Source: Clostridium sp. CAG:710
GTDB lineage: Bacteria; Bacillota_I; Bacilli_A; RF39; UBA660
DNA length: 64,000 nucleotides
Direction: 5' to 3'
Assembly (NCBI GenBank): GCA_000432595.1
Contig: HF996865.1
Coordinates: 116 to 64,115 of the forward strand
A program made the translations under genes and the position numbers. Positions within the stretch are counted from its first letter, which is position 1. Every line of letters begins with the position of its first letter. The notes under the pieces were generated by a model. It was not told the origin of the DNA and ran no database searches. It saw nothing but the letters and a program-made list of their open reading frames with translations. Below, in pieces: positions 21,141-29,865 of the stretch.

Positions 21141-22313
21141 TTATTTAGTTTTAGTTAACACTTTAATAGCATCATTAATGGTAGCTTCATTATTAGAAAC
21201 TTCCTTTTTTAAGTCTTCGTTTTCCTTAGCAAGAATATCGTTTGTAGAAACTAGCTCTTTATTTGCCGAAATTAATGCGTCTCTTGTTGTAGTTAACTCC
21301 TCAACCTCTTTTTTCAAATCTGTATAAGTAGGAACACTAGGGTCATTAATAGCAACAGTAGAATCATGTGATATAAAGTCATTATGTGCATTAATGATAC
21401 CAAGAAGAAATTCATTTACTCCAGCAAAACTTTGTAAATCAAACATTTGAGGAGTTATAATTTTACCGGTTGTAATACAATCTGTAATTATAGTAGCATA
21501 ATCTTTTTGTACATAACCTCCAGAATTCATAGAATCATAATATTTTTTCAAAAGCCATCTGTAGTCTTCTGAAACATCTAATGTAGCAAAACACTTATCA
21601 GCAATCTGTTGTGTTTCTCTAGCTTTTGCAAGTTTTTGATCTCCATGTAAGAAAAATTTACTTGTATTATTAGTACTAGTAGAAGTAAGCATAGTAGGAA
21701 TAGTAAGTTTCTGATTATTAAAAATCAAACCAAATCTTTCTTCTGCTTCTTCTATTGATTCAAAATATTGATTAGACATTGGAACATATATCTTTGACTT
21801 ATTGACCTTATCTATATTAGCAGCTAATCCTAGCATAAATATACCTTTTTCTTCATAAGCAGGTTTATTAACAAGTATATAATCAAATTTATATGTTTCT
21901 TTCCCAGTTGTATATGATCTTGAACTATCATATGGACAAGCAAATATCATATTAAAAATATTAATTTTTAAATTTTGTACAAAAGCAGAATTCTTCTTTT
22001 CAATATGTTCAGAAAATAATTGCTTCTCATCAATAATATTATCATTAATATATCTATAAAGCCTATATCTATCTTCACACATTTTATTTAATAACTCATA
22101 TGAGCTTTTTTCTCTATAAAGACCACTACTCATCAAATAATTTGTATTAACCCCTAATAAATGTGGAACAGATGAATTTGGAACATAAATTTTTATATTA
22201 TCTCCATTAGCAAAAGTCAAACTAAACTTATCTTTATATCTTGAGTTTCTGTTATAAGTTTCAACATTATTTGCAATAAGTTCCATTAAATATTCAAATT
22301 TAGTCATTTGCAT
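21141..22313 (-). CDS. hypothetical protein with C-terminal coiled coil
   Basis: 390-aa ORF with no signal peptide. The last ~60 aa form a heptad-like E/K/L-rich segment (LKKEVEELTTTRDALISANKELVSTNDILAKENEDLKKEV). Confidence 0.5.
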   Translation of the reverse strand: MQMTKFEYLMELIANNVETYNRNSRYKDKFSLTFANGDNIKIYVPNSSVPHLLGVNTNYLMSSGLYREKSSYELLNKMCEDRYRLYRYINDNIIDEKQLFSEHIEKKNSAFVQNLKINIFNMIFACPYDSSRSYTTGKETYKFDYILVNKPAYEEKGIFMLGLAANIDKVNKSKIYVPMSNQYFESIEEAEERFGLIFNNQKLTIPTMLTSTSTNNTSKFFLHGDQKLAKARETQQIADKCFATLDVSEDYRWLLKKYYDSMNSGGYVQKDYATIITDCITTGKIITPQMFDLQSFAGVNEFLLGIINAHNDFISHDSTVAINDPSVPTYTDLKKEVEELTTTRDALISANKELVSTNDILAKENEDLKKEVSNNEATINDAIKVLTKTK

Positions 22314-22373
22314 ATATAAAATCCCCCTTAATTAATGAAGAGATTATACCACATTTTACTAAAAAAAGCAAGC

Positions 22374-22399
22374 ACAAAAAAAGTGCTCATCAAAGCACT
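22374..22399 (-). terminator. terminator after tagH
   Basis: AGTGCT-N6-AGCACT hairpin overlaps the stop codon and is followed by a T7 run on the minus strand. Confidence 0.6.
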
Positions 22400-23132
22400 A
22401 ATTTTGTCTCATAAATTCTTCATATTTAGGAATTACATCTTCAGGTTTACCTATCATCATAACCTTACCATCATTAAGCCATAAAACTTCATTGCATAAT
22501 TCCTTAATTGTACCTAAACTATGTGAAACAATTATAACTGTTCTATGTTCATCAGAAATAAGTTCTTTCATTTTATTATAACTTTTCTCTTTAAACTTAA
22601 CATCACCAACACTTAAAACCTCATCAATTAACATTATATCAGTTTCAAGTATCGCAGTGATTGCAAATGCAAGTTTAGAATACATTCCCGAAGAATAAGT
22701 TTTTACAGGTTTATTAATAAAATCGCCGATATCAGCAAATTTAATTATTTCTTTTTCTTTTCTCTTTATTTCTTCTTCACTAAATCCAAGAAGCATTCCA
22801 GATAAATATATATTTTCTTTTCCAGTTAGTTTTCTATTAAAACCTACTCCAATACTTAAAAGTGAAATAGAATTACCATGTAAATCTATACTACCTTTAT
22901 CTGGTGAAAATATACCAGCAATTGCTTTTAACATAGTAGATTTACCACTACCATTTTTACCAATTATACCAAGGATCTTACCCTCTTCTATTTCAAAACT
23001 AACTCCTTTTAAAGCATGGAATAATTCAGCTTTATGACCAATTTGTTTCCAAGATGCTCTAATTGAAGTCTTTTTTAAACTCTTATAAGTGATATGTAAA
23101 TTTTTTACTGTTACTGTTATATTCTTTTTCAT
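22398..23132 (-). CDS. tagH: teichoic acid/polysaccharide export ABC transporter ATP-binding protein
   Basis: Walker A GKNGSGKST, signature YSSGM, Walker B MLIDEVLSVGD. Overlaps the upstream ABC-2 permease gene by 1 nt. Confidence 0.85.
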   Translation of the reverse strand: MKKNITVTVKNLHITYKSLKKTSIRASWKQIGHKAELFHALKGVSFEIEEGKILGIIGKNGSGKSTMLKAIAGIFSPDKGSIDLHGNSISLLSIGVGFNRKLTGKENIYLSGMLLGFSEEEIKRKEKEIIKFADIGDFINKPVKTYSSGMYSKLAFAITAILETDIMLIDEVLSVGDVKFKEKSYNKMKELISDEHRTVIIVSHSLGTIKELCNEVLWLNDGKVMMIGKPEDVIPKYEEFMRQN

Positions 23133-23914
23133 TATATCACCTTCGCATAACTATTTTCATAATCATTTATTAGACTAACACCAATAACACATAATATTAT
23201 TCCAATAAATAACCAAATACCTAACATTTCAAAATTAGGCATTACTCCTTGAAGCATTACTTTTCTAAGTTCATTCATACAAAGAGCTATAGGATTTAAT
23301 CTTAGTAAGAAAAATCTTAACTTACCTTTAAGTCTTTCATTGATATTATAGAAAATACCAGATAAGTAAAACACCATTCTTAAAGCTATATTAGTCAAAT
23401 TACCAAGGTCATTCAATGTAACGCCAAAATGCATTAATATCATACCAATACCAAATGATATTATGTAAAGTACAATAAATATTGGAATAATAAATAACAT
23501 ATGCCAAGTAAATGGAACACCTTGATATAACATAAGTGCAAAAGTAATTAATAATGATATTCCCATTTTAAATAGATAGGTAAATGACTTAGATAAAAGT
23601 AAGATATACTTAGGTATATATACTTTTGTAACTAAATCCCTATTATTAATTATTAATTTAACACTACCATTAATCATTCTGTTAAAGAAATCCCATGCAG
23701 TTAATCCTATAAATACAAACGATGCAAAGTAAGGTGTATTATTTTTAAATACAACACCAAATACAAATGTATAAATTAACATAAAACAGAATGGTTCGAT
23801 TATCCACCATAACCAGTTTAAATATGAATCTGCAACTTCTGACTTTAATTCAGCTTTTGCAGAGTAGACAGCATATTTATAATATTTAGCTATATTGTTT
23901 ATAAACTTTTTCAT
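23132..23914 (-). CDS. tagG: teichoic acid/polysaccharide export ABC-2 permease
   Basis: 260 aa with about six TM helices, ABC-2 type. Translationally coupled (TAATG) to the ATPase gene. Confidence 0.85.
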   Translation of the reverse strand: MKKFINNIAKYYKYAVYSAKAELKSEVADSYLNWLWWIIEPFCFMLIYTFVFGVVFKNNTPYFASFVFIGLTAWDFFNRMINGSVKLIINNRDLVTKVYIPKYILLLSKSFTYLFKMGISLLITFALMLYQGVPFTWHMLFIIPIFIVLYIISFGIGMILMHFGVTLNDLGNLTNIALRMVFYLSGIFYNINERLKGKLRFFLLRLNPIALCMNELRKVMLQGVMPNFEMLGIWLFIGIILCVIGVSLINDYENSYAKVI

Positions 23915-23941
23915 TTATATTTTTACCTCCACAATAATAAT

Positions 23942-23970
23942 ATTTTATCATATTATCATATCTTTTCCAA
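23942..23970 (-). promoter_or_regulatory. candidate promoter for tagGH
   Basis: On the minus strand: TTGGAA, 17 nt, TAAAAT. The -10 lies 27 nt upstream of the tagG ATG and is followed by GGAGG. Confidence 0.45.
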
Positions 23971-24084
23971 TAGAAAAAAAAGAACTATTTAATTTATACT
24001 AAATAATATGGTATATAAGTTTTTATGAAAAGAAGCAATATAATTTAAAAATTAAAAAACTAATTATCAGTTTTTCTAATAATT

Positions 24085-24107
24085 AAAACAGGACATTCGC
24101 CTGTTTT
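24085..24107 (-). terminator. terminator after the small peptide ORF
   Basis: Perfect 8-bp stem AAAACAGG / CCTGTTTT with a 7-nt loop, 13 nt downstream of the peptide stop codon. Confidence 0.6.
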
Positions 24108-24119
24108 AATTTTGTATCA

Positions 24120-24269
24120 TTAAGATTCATAACCATCAGTGGAACAGTCTCCATCTACACAGTCACAGTCAAGATCACTTATTTGATATGTAGAAGATAA
24201 TCCAATCGTTTCCGATGAATCAAGACCAGAATTGGTCATTTTTTTCTTTACTAATTCTAGCGCTGTCAT
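24120..24269 (-). CDS. unannotated 49-aa Asp/Cys-rich peptide, candidate RiPP precursor
   Basis: My translation: MTALELVKKKMTNSGLDSSETIGLSSTYQISDLDCDCVDGDCSTDGYES. Its ATG overlaps the TGA of the upstream radical SAM gene (ATGA), and a terminator follows. It is too short for the ORF track. Confidence 0.45.
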   Translation of the reverse strand: MTALELVKKKMTNSGLDSSETIGLSSTYQISDLDCDCVDGDCSTDGYES

Positions 24270-25813
24270 TTTCTCACTTTACTTGTATAAATATATTTAT
24301 CATTTATGACTTCAGACGGATCAGATGATAACCACCTTATAGCACATCCACCACCACATTGATACCATTTTTTACATCTAGAACATATTTCAGAAGGATA
24401 CTTTCCTATTATCTTTCTAAATTGCTTAATAACATCCGAATTCCAAAATTCAATTAATTTATCTAATTCAATATTAGTGTCATTTAAAGGATGTCCCATG
24501 AAATGATTGCATGGTAATATATTAAAATCAGGATCAAAAACCATACCAGTGCCTTTTGTTATATGACAGCAAGTTATTATTCTATTTTTAAGTATCATAT
24601 GAGTAAGCATATTCTTATCTAAAGAGCATAATGGTATTGACATTTCAAAGACAAAGTTAATTTCATCTTTATAAATTTTATCATATACGTACTTACATAG
24701 TATTGAAAGTTCTTCAATAGAAATAATCTGGTTTTCATCTTCCGCCGATGGCTTATAAAGTTGAAAAAGAATGTTATTTAGATGATGCTCTTTTACAACT
24801 TTCCAAAAATTATCAAATTTTTTTGTATCAGTATTGCATAAAACATAAGATAAGCTAGTTTTAATTCCACAATAACTAGCATTTTCATATCCTTTTATAG
24901 TTTCAAGAAATCCATTACTATTAGTATTTATAATATATTCTTCTTCATTTGAACCTTTTATTGATATATTAATGCTATATAAACCTGCTTCATACGCTCT
25001 TTTACAAAATTCTATATCTTTAAATTTTCTACCATTAGTTGCCATAGACACTTTGATATTATTTCTAGATATATATTTAATTATCTTTAAAATGCCAGGA
25101 TGTATACTTGGTTCTCCGCCTATTAAGATTATCTTTTTTATACCAATACCTTTCAAATAAGAAACATACTTTTTAACATTTTGATACGACATATTTCTGT
25201 TTATTTTTAAATACTTTTTTGCATAACACCATTTACAATTGTTATTACAAGTCATATTGGTTGTTAACCATACGGTATTGGGAATTACATTTTCATCATT
25301 AATAATATTAATCCAAAATCTTTGAATATATTTTTGGGTAACATCGTCATAAAATGTTTTTTCAAATTTACCGCCATTTTTTTCTATAACTTTTCTTGAC
25401 GCATAATTATCTTCAAAACAAGTAATTAATATATTTTTCATTTTATGCTTTTTATACTTTTTAATAGCTAATGATAGTGCTTTAGTTGCATAACCCTTTT
25501 TTCTTTCTTCAGGTTTTATATAATATGCAACATGACCCAGCCTAGAAAAATAATTATCATTTAATTTATGCCTTAAATCAATTGTTCCAACGACTTTATG
25601 ATTATCTATTATGAAATAAACAGTAGCGGGAACATCTCTGTTTGAAATTCCTATACCATTACGTCTATCCTTTAACCTATTTAACATATTTTGATAACTT
25701 TCACCATTTCTATATGCATTTCCCATCTCTAATTCATCTTTATTTTTTATGGCACTATTCACTAGTTCATAATACCCTTTCTCATATTTTTTACATGGTA
25801 AAACTAAATTCAT
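24266..25813 (-). CDS. fusion protein: N-terminal GNAT acetyltransferase plus radical SAM/SPASM-domain maturase
   Basis: aa ~1-170 are GNAT-like (GHVAYYIKPEERKKGYATKAL, NYASRKVIEKNGG). A CX3CX2C radical SAM motif (CNNNCKWC) follows. The C-terminus carries a SPASM motif CX2CX5CX3C (CSRCKKWYQCGGGC) plus extra cysteines (CCH, PCNH). Strong RBS GGAGG. Confidence 0.85.
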   Translation of the reverse strand: MNLVLPCKKYEKGYYELVNSAIKNKDELEMGNAYRNGESYQNMLNRLKDRRNGIGISNRDVPATVYFIIDNHKVVGTIDLRHKLNDNYFSRLGHVAYYIKPEERKKGYATKALSLAIKKYKKHKMKNILITCFEDNYASRKVIEKNGGKFEKTFYDDVTQKYIQRFWINIINDENVIPNTVWLTTNMTCNNNCKWCYAKKYLKINRNMSYQNVKKYVSYLKGIGIKKIILIGGEPSIHPGILKIIKYISRNNIKVSMATNGRKFKDIEFCKRAYEAGLYSINISIKGSNEEEYIINTNSNGFLETIKGYENASYCGIKTSLSYVLCNTDTKKFDNFWKVVKEHHLNNILFQLYKPSAEDENQIISIEELSILCKYVYDKIYKDEINFVFEMSIPLCSLDKNMLTHMILKNRIITCCHITKGTGMVFDPDFNILPCNHFMGHPLNDTNIELDKLIEFWNSDVIKQFRKIIGKYPSEICSRCKKWYQCGGGCAIRWLSSDPSEVINDKYIYTSKVRK

Positions 25814-25860
25814 GATACACCTCCAACATTTTTCAAAACTCTTTATAATACTTCTTATAT

Positions 25861-25910
25861 AACAAAAGGCAGTAGCCCAAAAGACTAATTGTCTCTAAAA
25901 GTTACTGCCC
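25861..25910 (-). terminator. terminator-like extended hairpin in the long intergenic region upstream of the rSAM gene
   Basis: On the minus strand: GGGCAGTAAC...(inner AGAC/GTCT pairing)...GCTACTGCC followed by TTTTGTT. Confidence 0.5.
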
Positions 25911-26157
25911 TAAATCTTTTTATAAAAAATCAATAAATATAGAAAAAGTTAATTACCAAAATTATTTTTATACCTATGCCTATATACAATTTCATTAAAC
26001 TTAAAATACATACTATTTTGATAAATGTCAGCATATTTTCATCAAAAATTCGGATGGGTAAGCACATTTAATCATTCATATTTTGGCCCATTTACTCATT
26101 TAGTTCCCTTATTTTACAACATTTTTTTATTTGGTCAATTTAATTTTTCATTTGAGC

Positions 26158-26634
26158 CTATTTATTCTCTTTATTTCTAAATACAAGTATTTTACTTAAT
26201 ACATAATTAAGTACAACTATTATGAATTGTACTAATACTTTAGATATCATATCATTTAGTTTTAATACATTAACCAAAATAAACATAACTAGAATCTCAC
26301 TACCAAGAGTAAGTAATCTGCATGAAACGAACTTAACAAACTCAGCTAATACATTTTTATCTTTACTTTCAAATACAAATACACGATTAGTAATATATGC
26401 AAATAAAACAGCTGCAATCCAAGATAGTACAGTACATACCATATAATTACTAATAAATACTCTAAATAATGCATAACTTCCTATACTAACCAAAGTAGTA
26501 AGTCCACCAACTATTAAATAATTTATAATTTCTTTGTTTTTATAGTATAAACCAAGTCCCCATTTGAATAGTTTTGTTTTAGGGTTAGTTAATTCCTCAC
26601 ATATACTACCAATTAATAATAAAATTCCTACCAT
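26158..26634 (-). CDS. GtrA-family membrane protein (putative lipid-linked sugar flippase)
   Basis: 158 aa with four TM helices. GtrA-like pattern (YLIVGGLTTLV, NRVFVF) immediately downstream of a GT2 gene. Confidence 0.8.
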   Translation of the reverse strand: MVGILLLIGSICEELTNPKTKLFKWGLGLYYKNKEIINYLIVGGLTTLVSIGSYALFRVFISNYMVCTVLSWIAAVLFAYITNRVFVFESKDKNVLAEFVKFVSCRLLTLGSEILVMFILVNVLKLNDMISKVLVQFIIVVLNYVLSKILVFRNKENK

Positions 26635-26643
26635 ACTATTCCC

Positions 26644-27564
26644 CTACTTTTTTTTACTTTCTAATCTTTCCTTAACAATATATATTGGTCTTTGTTTAAC
26701 TTGTATATAAGTTCTAGATAAGTATTCTCCAATTACTCCTACTACCATAAATAATAATGAGAATAAGAATAACATAATTAATAAAATAACTTTAAACTCA
26801 CTTACACCTTTAAATAAAGCTACTATAAAATATATAAAGCCAACAAGGAAAGTTACTATTGATATATAAAATGGTGCTCTAAGTGGTGAAGTTGTAAATG
26901 CAACTATTCCATCTATAGCGTAATTAAACAACTTGAAAAAATTCCATTTAGATGTTCCACTATTTCTTTCTTCCACTTCATAAGGTAAATAATAAGTATT
27001 ATATCCAACAAAACTAAATATTCCCTTAGAAAATCTATGATATTCACTAAGTTCTAATATTGAATCTACAACCTTTCTTCTAAAAGTTCTAAAATCACTT
27101 GCTCCTTGAACAAAAGGAACTGTTGACATAGAATTAATAACTTTATAAAAAGTATCCTTAAAAAATGTTAATACCTTGCCTTCTTTTCTAACTTCTTGAA
27201 AGGCAGCAACTGAATCAAATTGTTCATTTTCATTTAATATATCAATCATACGCAATATTAATTCTGGTCTTTGTTGTAAATCAGCATCAATTATAGTAAC
27301 TAACTCCCCTTCTGCCTCTTTTAATCCTGCATACATCGCAGCCTCTTTTCCAAAGTTTCTAGAAAAGTTAATAACTTTAATATTCTGCTTCTTTTGATCA
27401 ACTATATTAGTTAACCTATCTAAAGTATTGTCACTACTACCATCATTGACAAAAACAATTTCATATTTAATTTTTTTCCCTTTAAAAACCTTTTGTACTT
27501 CTTCATAAAAAAGTTCTACATTACCTTCTTCATTATAACAAGGTACGACTATTGATAAATCCAT
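26644..27564 (-). CDS. family 2 glycosyltransferase, polyprenyl-phosphate sugar synthase type (CsbB/GtrB-like)
   Basis: SIVVPCYNEE, VNDGSSD and IDADLQ (DxD) motifs, plus two C-terminal TM helices. Confidence 0.85.
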   Translation of the reverse strand: MDLSIVVPCYNEEGNVELFYEEVQKVFKGKKIKYEIVFVNDGSSDNTLDRLTNIVDQKKQNIKVINFSRNFGKEAAMYAGLKEAEGELVTIIDADLQQRPELILRMIDILNENEQFDSVAAFQEVRKEGKVLTFFKDTFYKVINSMSTVPFVQGASDFRTFRRKVVDSILELSEYHRFSKGIFSFVGYNTYYLPYEVEERNSGTSKWNFFKLFNYAIDGIVAFTTSPLRAPFYISIVTFLVGFIYFIVALFKGVSEFKVILLIMLFLFSLLFMVVGVIGEYLSRTYIQVKQRPIYIVKERLESKKK

Positions 27565-27577
27565 TTAAATCACCCAC

Positions 27578-29077
27578 TTACTTATTTATTATATCATGCC
27601 ACTCCAAGTAGTCAATAAATTTAAGCTTAACGTTCTCATTTATATTATAAAATGCCTTAAATTTTTTCATATTTTCCTCATCATGCGGATAAGGATGCTT
27701 CATATAATCTTCATATGGTGCTTTAGGTAATAACATAGTAACAGAGTTATTAGCTTTTTCTTTTTTAATATAGTTAGTCATTTTATTATCAACATAAAAC
27801 GCACTAGAAGCTATGATTAAAAGACGTACCATACAAACTAAACTAGAAATTATACAAATATAATTAATAACTTTAATACCCATTTTAGATTTAAAAAATT
27901 TTAGTGTATCATTAACAAGTTCTAAAGCAAACAAACACCAAAAAACATACATAGGATAAAAACATCTAGGAGTTATTGGACTAAGCGCAAATAAAGGCAT
28001 AACTAGAAGTATTATACTTCCTAAATAAAACAATAATTTCTTCTTAGAAATTTCAAAGGGTGCCAATAAAATAAATATTATTAGGAAAACTAAATAAACT
28101 AAAGTTAAACAGCCCTCTATAAACATAAAAACCAACTTGAAGGTTTGCCACTCTGGGAAGAACAAAGCTATTAATGAATAAATAGAATAAAACACAATAT
28201 AATACAAACTAATACTAAGTAATTTATAATGCTTTATATCTTTTTTATAAATAAACTTTAAAAATAAATACGTTAAACATACAGATATTATTACTAGTAC
28301 AACAACATTATTAGAAACTAAATTATGATATACAGTATAAAAATATCTCTTTATAGATTGCATAATTATTCCACTTCGAGGAACACTTCTATAAAAATCT
28401 TCACCCTTAACAACATTTAGATAAGCACCATTTTGAAACATAAGAACTGCGCCAACTAAAGTCCCAATAAAATAAGTTACTTGATTTATATTTATTTTAA
28501 TCTCTCTTTTATAACAATAAATTAAACTAACTAAAGAAGCTATAACTATATATATAGTTACATGTTCCATAAATAAACAAGTTATAACGCCTAAAACAAA
28601 CATCAAAAATACTCTTCTTCTATTTAAGATAATACACTTATCATTAAGTATTCCTTTATTTATAAAGATCCATATCAAAACAAATATCATTGGAGGAACG
28701 TAATTAGTAAAACCACTTGTCCAATTAACAACCTGCCTAAATAAAGTACGTGGCATAAAAAGTACTAATATTATAGATATTAAGAATATAGACAAACTCT
28801 TTTTGTTAACAATTTTAAAACTTAGTAAAATTATACTAGTATAAGAAAGACCAAGTGTTAAAGCTCTTATAACTCTATATCTAGTAAGTAAAATAACAAG
28901 TAAATTACCTAAATACCTTCCATTATAATTTGAAAAGAAATTATTTAATCTATCTATTCCAATATAACTACCCCATGCCCAATCATCATTTGTATATGGG
29001 ACTAAATATCCAATAATAGAAAAAAAGAAAAATAGAACTACAACTAAAATTATATTTATGTACTTCTTATTTTTCAT
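27578..29077 (-). CDS. polytopic membrane protein, putative GT-C-type glycosyltransferase (GtrC-like role)
   Basis: 499 aa with at least 10 hydrophobic helices. Early periplasmic-loop acidic motif (YTNDDWAWGS). Position next to GT2 and GtrA. Confidence 0.5.
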   Translation of the reverse strand: MKNKKYINIILVVVLFFFFSIIGYLVPYTNDDWAWGSYIGIDRLNNFFSNYNGRYLGNLLVILLTRYRVIRALTLGLSYTSIILLSFKIVNKKSLSIFLISIILVLFMPRTLFRQVVNWTSGFTNYVPPMIFVLIWIFINKGILNDKCIILNRRRVFLMFVLGVITCLFMEHVTIYIVIASLVSLIYCYKREIKININQVTYFIGTLVGAVLMFQNGAYLNVVKGEDFYRSVPRSGIIMQSIKRYFYTVYHNLVSNNVVVLVIISVCLTYLFLKFIYKKDIKHYKLLSISLYYIVFYSIYSLIALFFPEWQTFKLVFMFIEGCLTLVYLVFLIIFILLAPFEISKKKLLFYLGSIILLVMPLFALSPITPRCFYPMYVFWCLFALELVNDTLKFFKSKMGIKVINYICIISSLVCMVRLLIIASSAFYVDNKMTNYIKKEKANNSVTMLLPKAPYEDYMKHPYPHDEENMKKFKAFYNINENVKLKFIDYLEWHDIINK

Positions 29078-29092
29078 TTTTATTCCCCCTAT

Positions 29093-29851
29093 CTAAACAT
29101 CTGGATTCCAATCTTTATTGAATACAAAGTTCTCATAATTAAACATATGCTTAAAATCATTTTGAGCATTAATTTGAGAAACATAAATAGGAATTAATTT
29201 TTTTATTTTATTTTTTTGACTTTCACTACTAATAGTAGGCATTCCTTCTATATTTTTTGTATCCCCCTTAGAAACATAATATCCAAAGTAATACAAAACA
29301 TCTTTATCCGCAAGTTCTGTAACCATACCACTAGTCATTTTATGATGAACATGTCCATATTCACCTAAAGGATTATGAGTAACTATCATCTTCCAGTTTT
29401 TATAATTAATTATTTTATCCAAATCTGCCTTTATTTTCTCATGGACCTTTGACCAGTCATCTCTTTTTCCTTTTGTCACATCAGGATATCCAAGCATTAT
29501 GTATTCATCTTTTGTAATAGCCATAGCTTTTTTAAACTCTTCTACTCTTCTCTTTACAGGACCACATGTTATACATACTACTAAATAATCATCCTCAAGT
29601 AAATGTGCTCCACCCCAAAATGATTCATCATCAGGATGTGCAACTATCATTAATTTATCTATTCCCTTATATTTTTCGTCTTTAGCTTTGCTACTATCTT
29701 CATTACTTTCTTTTTCTGTTTTAATCTCTTTCTTAACTGGTTCACTAACAACACTTTTATTATTAATATTGTCAAAAATGTTGGAAATAATACTTACACT
29801 AATAATAGGAACTAACAACATCAAAAAAACAGCATAATATTTTTTAAACAT
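29093..29851 (-). CDS. membrane-anchored PIG-L/LmbE-family deacetylase
   Basis: N-terminal TM helix, then AHPDDESFWGG and a later HVHH. Start set to the ATG at 29851, after AAGGTGA. Confidence 0.8.
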   Translation of the reverse strand: MFKKYYAVFLMLLVPIISVSIISNIFDNINNKSVVSEPVKKEIKTEKESNEDSSKAKDEKYKGIDKLMIVAHPDDESFWGGAHLLEDDYLVVCITCGPVKRRVEEFKKAMAITKDEYIMLGYPDVTKGKRDDWSKVHEKIKADLDKIINYKNWKMIVTHNPLGEYGHVHHKMTSGMVTELADKDVLYYFGYYVSKGDTKNIEGMPTISSESQKNKIKKLIPIYVSQINAQNDFKHMFNYENFVFNKDWNPDV

Positions 29852-29865
29852 ACCAATCACCTTAC

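Noticed and set aside
22398-23914. tagGH considered as the dedicated exporter of the candidate RiPP.
   Set aside because: The peptide ORF is followed by a terminator and tagG has its own promoter-like element. ABC-2/TagH pairs next to TagF-type genes are the standard WTA exporter. The idea is kept only as a remote possibility in the findings.
25877-26032. Small ORFs inside the spacer upstream of the rSAM gene, for example a 34-aa hydrophobic minus-strand ORF (MLTFIKIVCILSLMKLYIGIGIKIILVINFFYIY) and a 31-aa plus-strand ORF.
   Set aside because: They have no Shine-Dalgarno sequence. Their composition matches random translation of AT-rich DNA, and nothing points to them as alternative precursors.
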